From the NCBI GenBank assembly GCA_047602725.1, contig JBLKON010000001.1, positions 1-28,227 of the forward strand: a stretch of DNA of 28,227 nucleotides, in the 5' to 3' direction. Positions 25,076 through 28,227 of the stretch are shown here, piece after piece. The notes beneath the pieces are model-generated. The model saw only the letters and a list, made by a program, of their open reading frames with translations, was not told where the DNA came from and searched no databases. The DNA comes from Candidatus Woesearchaeota archaeon. GTDB lineage: Archaea; Nanobdellota; Nanobdellia; Woesearchaeales; DATGWN01. Numbering within the stretch: the stretch's first letter is position 1; the number at the start of each line of letters is the position of its first letter. Position numbers and translations under genes: made by a program.

Positions 25076-25511
25076 TACCTATAAACCAACTTTGTTGATG
25101 TTCATATTTTGGATCTGACTTCCATATTTTGGTAAAATGAGCGATACTATGTCTGTGATGTCTCCCCCAAAACGGATCTAAAAAATAGATGTACGTTCTT
25201 CCAATGTTATTTATAACAGCATAATGATCTACTTTTTGAGGTGGATACAAATAGCAAACGATAATAGTATATCCTTGCTGTAAAGCATCTTTCAATGCTT
25301 GCAGAGTTGAATTTCTGCTAACCATATAATTTAGCTTATAATGTTCAGCAACAATGGGAAATGCTTTGTGCCACGTTCCTCTTATCTTATTTGTTTTAAG
25401 CATAGCTTCCATTTTTTTTTCAGAAACGTTAATGCCCAACTGAGCAAGTGCTATACGCATAGAAGCTGAACCACACGTATAATTAGTTTGTTGTGCAAAA
25501 TGCTGTTTCAT
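25065..25511 (-). CDS. Stand-alone peptidase C39-like cysteine protease
   Basis: QQTNYTCG (oxyanion Gln, catalytic Cys), DHYAVI (His), FLDP (Asp). Confidence 0.8.
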   Translation of the reverse strand: MKQHFAQQTNYTCGSASMRIALAQLGINVSEKKMEAMLKTNKIRGTWHKAFPIVAEHYKLNYMVSRNSTLQALKDALQQGYTIIVCYLYPPQKVDHYAVINNIGRTYIYFLDPFWGRHHRHSIAHFTKIWKSDPKYEHQQSWFIGIKK

Positions 25512-25572
25512 AATAATATATGATTGTTGTTCTTTATAAGTATTGTGAGCAACATATTATAAACACCCATTC

Positions 25573-25788
25573 ATGGTATATGCTAAGTCATATAACAGCA
25601 TTCGAGAAGACAAAACATTATTGCAACGAGCACACATCTGGAAATTAATACAAATGTATATGGATTTATCTTACTTTACATGGAAATTAGATAATTGGAA
25701 AACTGATGTAAAATCTATATTACCTAAAAAAATCTATAAAGATGGAAAAGCAAAGCTTATAGATATGATGGATAGATTGATGAGATAA
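25573..25788 (+). CDS. Hypothetical protein, 71 aa
   Basis: Fills an intergenic gap; CTTTATAAG TATA box about 30 nt upstream; no motif. Confidence 0.5.
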   Translation: MVYAKSYNSIREDKTLLQRAHIWKLIQMYMDLSYFTWKLDNWKTDVKSILPKKIYKDGKAKLIDMMDRLMR

Positions 25789-25843
25789 AAGTTATCCCCC
25801 AAAAACAATCACCTTATTAAAGTAAACATACTTAAAAAAACAC

Positions 25844-26758
25844 ATGATTATGATTGCTACATTAGTAATTGGACTTTTATTGCTCTTATTATCTGCTCAT
25901 ATTATCATAGAAAACAGTATCGTATTAGCTAAAAAATTAGGTATATCTTCTTTTATTATAGGTGTAACCTTAGTCACTTTTGGAACCTCTATTCCTGAAT
26001 TTTTTTTACACATTATGGCAACCCTACATAACCACCATGAACTTGCATTAGGTAATGTGGTGGGAAGCAATATAGCAAATATTTTACTTATCATTGGTAT
26101 TGCTTTATGTTTTTCTGCTATTAAAATGCAAAAGAAGTTTATTTTAATGGAGCTCCCTTTTGCTATTATCCCCACTGTGAGTCTTTTGTTGTTAGGATTT
26201 ATATTTGGTACTGTTTCTCAACTCTTTGGCTTGTTCTTTTTTGTTTTACTTATAGCTTACCTAGCAACTAGCTATAAAATGGGCAGACAAGAGCATGTTC
26301 ATGCTCAACACACACATTGGTTTATTGCATTTATTTTATGTGTTATAAGTTTTTTAGGTATACAATTAGGTAGCTTACTTATTATAGAGTCTTCACTACA
26401 CCTTATATCTGTTTTTAATATACTTCCTTTTGACTTTGCAGCTATTGTCTTAAGTATTGGAACTTCTATTCCTGAATTATTTATTATTCTTTTAGCTGTT
26501 ATACACAAACGTCATGAAGTTGCTGTAGGTACTATTGTGGGTACCAATATTTTTAATATTCTAGGTATTGTAGGGTTTGGTGCTTTTTTTGCTCCGCTAC
26601 TTATTGATATGCAATTTTTGATACACATGATCATTTTAATGTGTGTGACGAGTTTTTTTTATGTACTTATTTTGTTATCTAATTATCATTTAAAGAAATG
26701 GCATGGATACTTGCTTATTTTATTATATGTATGTTACTTGTTATATATCATAATATAA
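25844..26758 (+). CDS. Calcium/sodium antiporter (CaCA, YrbG-like)
   Basis: Two alpha repeats: GTSIPE...GNVVGSNIAN and GTSIPE...GTIVGTNIFN; about 10 TM helices. Confidence 0.9.
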   Translation: MIMIATLVIGLLLLLLSAHIIIENSIVLAKKLGISSFIIGVTLVTFGTSIPEFFLHIMATLHNHHELALGNVVGSNIANILLIIGIALCFSAIKMQKKFILMELPFAIIPTVSLLLLGFIFGTVSQLFGLFFFVLLIAYLATSYKMGRQEHVHAQHTHWFIAFILCVISFLGIQLGSLLIIESSLHLISVFNILPFDFAAIVLSIGTSIPELFIILLAVIHKRHEVAVGTIVGTNIFNILGIVGFGAFFAPLLIDMQFLIHMIILMCVTSFFYVLILLSNYHLKKWHGYLLILLYVCYLLYIII

Positions 26759-26769
26759 AGAAAAAAAAA

Positions 26770-26982
26770 TTAAATAATACTACCAATATCAACTTCTTGT
26801 TCAATATCTTCAAACTCATCTACTGGCTCTTCGATTTCTTGTTCACTATCTATAGTTGATTCTTGTCCTTCATCTGGTTGCATGATTGGTTGTTGAGGAT
26901 ACATTTCTTCTATAGGTTCTTGTACACTACAAGCTCCAACTATTAATGCTATACATACTATTAGTACTACCATATATTTCAT
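26770..26982 (-). CDS. Small acidic secreted/lipoprotein-like protein
   Basis: Signal peptide ending in lipobox-like VGAC, then Glu/Gln-rich tail; GAGGTG SD; ATGA overlap with upstream gene. Confidence 0.6.
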   Translation of the reverse strand: MKYMVVLIVCIALIVGACSVQEPIEEMYPQQPIMQPDEGQESTIDSEQEIEEPVDEFEDIEQEVDIGSII

Positions 26983-27731
26983 CTTCTCACCTCTTGGGTA
27001 TCTTGTGGTGTTTGTCTAACATCTTGTTCAGAGCGTTGTCTCTCTTGCTGTTCACGTGTAATGTTTGTTTGAGTAACCTCTCTACTTTGTATATCTTGTT
27101 GTCTTATTTGTTCTCTAGCATTAGGTGTAGTCTCTTCTCTTTGAAGTGGTTGTTCACGTAAACGTTGTCGTGTTTGCTCTTCTATTTGTGCTACACGTTG
27201 TTGTGCTTCTTGACGTCTTTGTGCAACAAGCTCTTGTTGTCGTTCTTGTGATTGAGCAATCAATTCCTGACGTGCTTGCCTTACGCGATCTTGTTGTTCA
27301 GCAATAAAAGCTCTGCGTTGTTGTGCATACCGTTGTGCAAGTAATTCTTCTCTATCTTGTGGGGCTACACGACCTTGTACCTGCTCACGCATTAAGGAAA
27401 CCACATATGCACTTTGTGTGCGAAGCTCAATAAAGGTATCAATAACTTCTTGTCGTTCAATGTCTTGGTTAGCATAGGCATCTAATACTTCATCAATACG
27501 ATTTGAAAAATGCAATAATCGATTTTTATGTGCTTCAAATACTCTCTCTCCCAAGCGCTCTTCAATAGCTTGTGCTAATTCATATTGTCGTTCAATAGCA
27601 TACTGCAATTGAGCATACCGTAAATAAATACCTCTATCATCTTCATATAATAGGGCAACTTCTCTGTCTGCAACTACCATACTCATACAAAGAGCTATAA
27701 GTAGTCCATATAGTATAATTTTCATATACAC
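26979..27731 (-). CDS. Secreted Gln/Arg/Glu-rich coiled-coil protein
   Basis: Hydrophobic N-terminus ending VVA, long helical QRE-rich body, GGAGGTG SD. Confidence 0.65.
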   Translation of the reverse strand: MYMKIILYGLLIALCMSMVVADREVALLYEDDRGIYLRYAQLQYAIERQYELAQAIEERLGERVFEAHKNRLLHFSNRIDEVLDAYANQDIERQEVIDTFIELRTQSAYVVSLMREQVQGRVAPQDREELLAQRYAQQRRAFIAEQQDRVRQARQELIAQSQERQQELVAQRRQEAQQRVAQIEEQTRQRLREQPLQREETTPNAREQIRQQDIQSREVTQTNITREQQERQRSEQDVRQTPQDTQEVRR

Positions 27732-27784
27732 ACCTCCATGTTAAGAGGTTTTGGGCACTTATCTTATATAAATGTTTAAGAAAA

Positions 27785-27803
27785 CAGGGACAAGAAGTCC
27801 CTG
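27785..27803 (-). terminator. GC-rich hairpin followed by T tract on the minus strand
   Basis: CAGGGAC-N5-GTCCCTG flanked by A runs on both sides; TTTT follows on the minus strand. Confidence 0.4.
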
Positions 27804-27922
27804 AAAAAACTAGGTAACCTTGAAGTATAGAAACTTTAAGCTATCTATATAGTTTGTGATAGTGCATAGATATAATACAGTGTATAACCACAATATTTAT
27901 AAACCAATATGTGTTAAATTTA

Positions 27923-27935
27923 TCTGAAAATCAGA
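27923..27935. promoter_or_regulatory. Palindromic operator copy 1 upstream of AbrB-like gene
   Basis: TCTGA-AAA-TCAGA, identical at 28044-28056. Confidence 0.6.
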
Positions 27936-28043
27936 AATAAAATGATATATGCTAATCAAATATCTCATAATAAGTCTTTTTTTACTATTAATCACACTTT
28001 TATTACTATAATCAAATATATAATAATATTTTCAAATAAAACA

Positions 28044-28056
28044 TCTGAAAATCAGA
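28044..28056. promoter_or_regulatory. Palindromic operator copy 2 upstream of AbrB-like gene
   Basis: TCTGA-AAA-TCAGA, 6 nt before the ATG at 28063. Confidence 0.6.
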
Positions 28057-28062
28057 AAAAAT

Positions 28063-28227
28063 ATGAAAAAGTATCCAAAAATTGTACAATGTGACAAAAG
28101 GGGGCAAATTGTCATCCCAAAAGAAATTCGTCAGGATTTAGGTATTGATGAAGGTTGTGGTTTTTGGGTATTTTCTATTACTGACGAAGGTATTTTGTTA
28201 AAAAAAATGGATGCACCTCAGTTACAT
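28063..28227 (+). CDS. AbrB/MazE/SpoVT-family DNA-binding protein, partial (runs off the window; not in ORF track)
   Basis: MKKYPKIVQCDKRGQIVIPKEIRQDLGIDEG... swapped-hairpin motif. Confidence 0.85.
   Translation, partial: MKKYPKIVQCDKRGQIVIPKEIRQDLGIDEGCGFWVFSITDEGILLKKMDAPQLH

Noticed and set aside
25065-25511. C39 peptidase as leader protease for the two peptides
   Set aside because: 16 kb away, not fused to a transporter, and the peptides lack a double-glycine cleavage motif.
23382-27161. ORFs 23382-23663, 24698-24901, 25897-26175, 26305-26508, 26946-27161
   Set aside because: Antisense shadows of supported genes.

Overview
AT-rich, gene-dense archaeal DNA, most consistent with a DPANN lineage such as Woesearchaeota. 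The archaeal call rests on topoisomerase VI B/A, RIO1, RPA, a tRNA with a bulge-helix-bulge intron and TATA boxes about 20-30 nt before starts; the finer lineage is inference. The backbone carries SufS-type cysteine desulfurase, a DsbA-like protein, RIO1, RPA, TsaC/Sua5, top6B/top6A, phosphoesterases, and tRNA-Leu(TAA, 30-nt intron), tRNA-Cys(GCA) and tRNA-Arg(TCT). The best candidate for an undescribed system is a minus-strand operon at about 4.6-8.7 kb. It opens with two paralogous Cys-containing peptides missing from the ORF track (35 aa at 8590-8697, 41 aa at 8462-8587) that share IKGA(H/Y)NKVP mostly via synonymous codon differences. The second is translationally coupled to a radical SAM enzyme, followed by a sodium:solute symporter and a methyltransferase-like gene, all divergent from a tandem Lrp/AsnC regulator: a RiPP-like or peptide-cofactor cluster. 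A second accessory region (about 17.9-21.8 kb, right after tRNA-Arg) holds three toxin-antitoxin pairs with palindromic operators, a hidden nucleotidyltransferase frame, truncated gene relics, and two families of direct repeats at module junctions. No CRISPR array, rRNA, integrase or transposase was seen. All family assignments are from motif recognition by eye; no database search was run.
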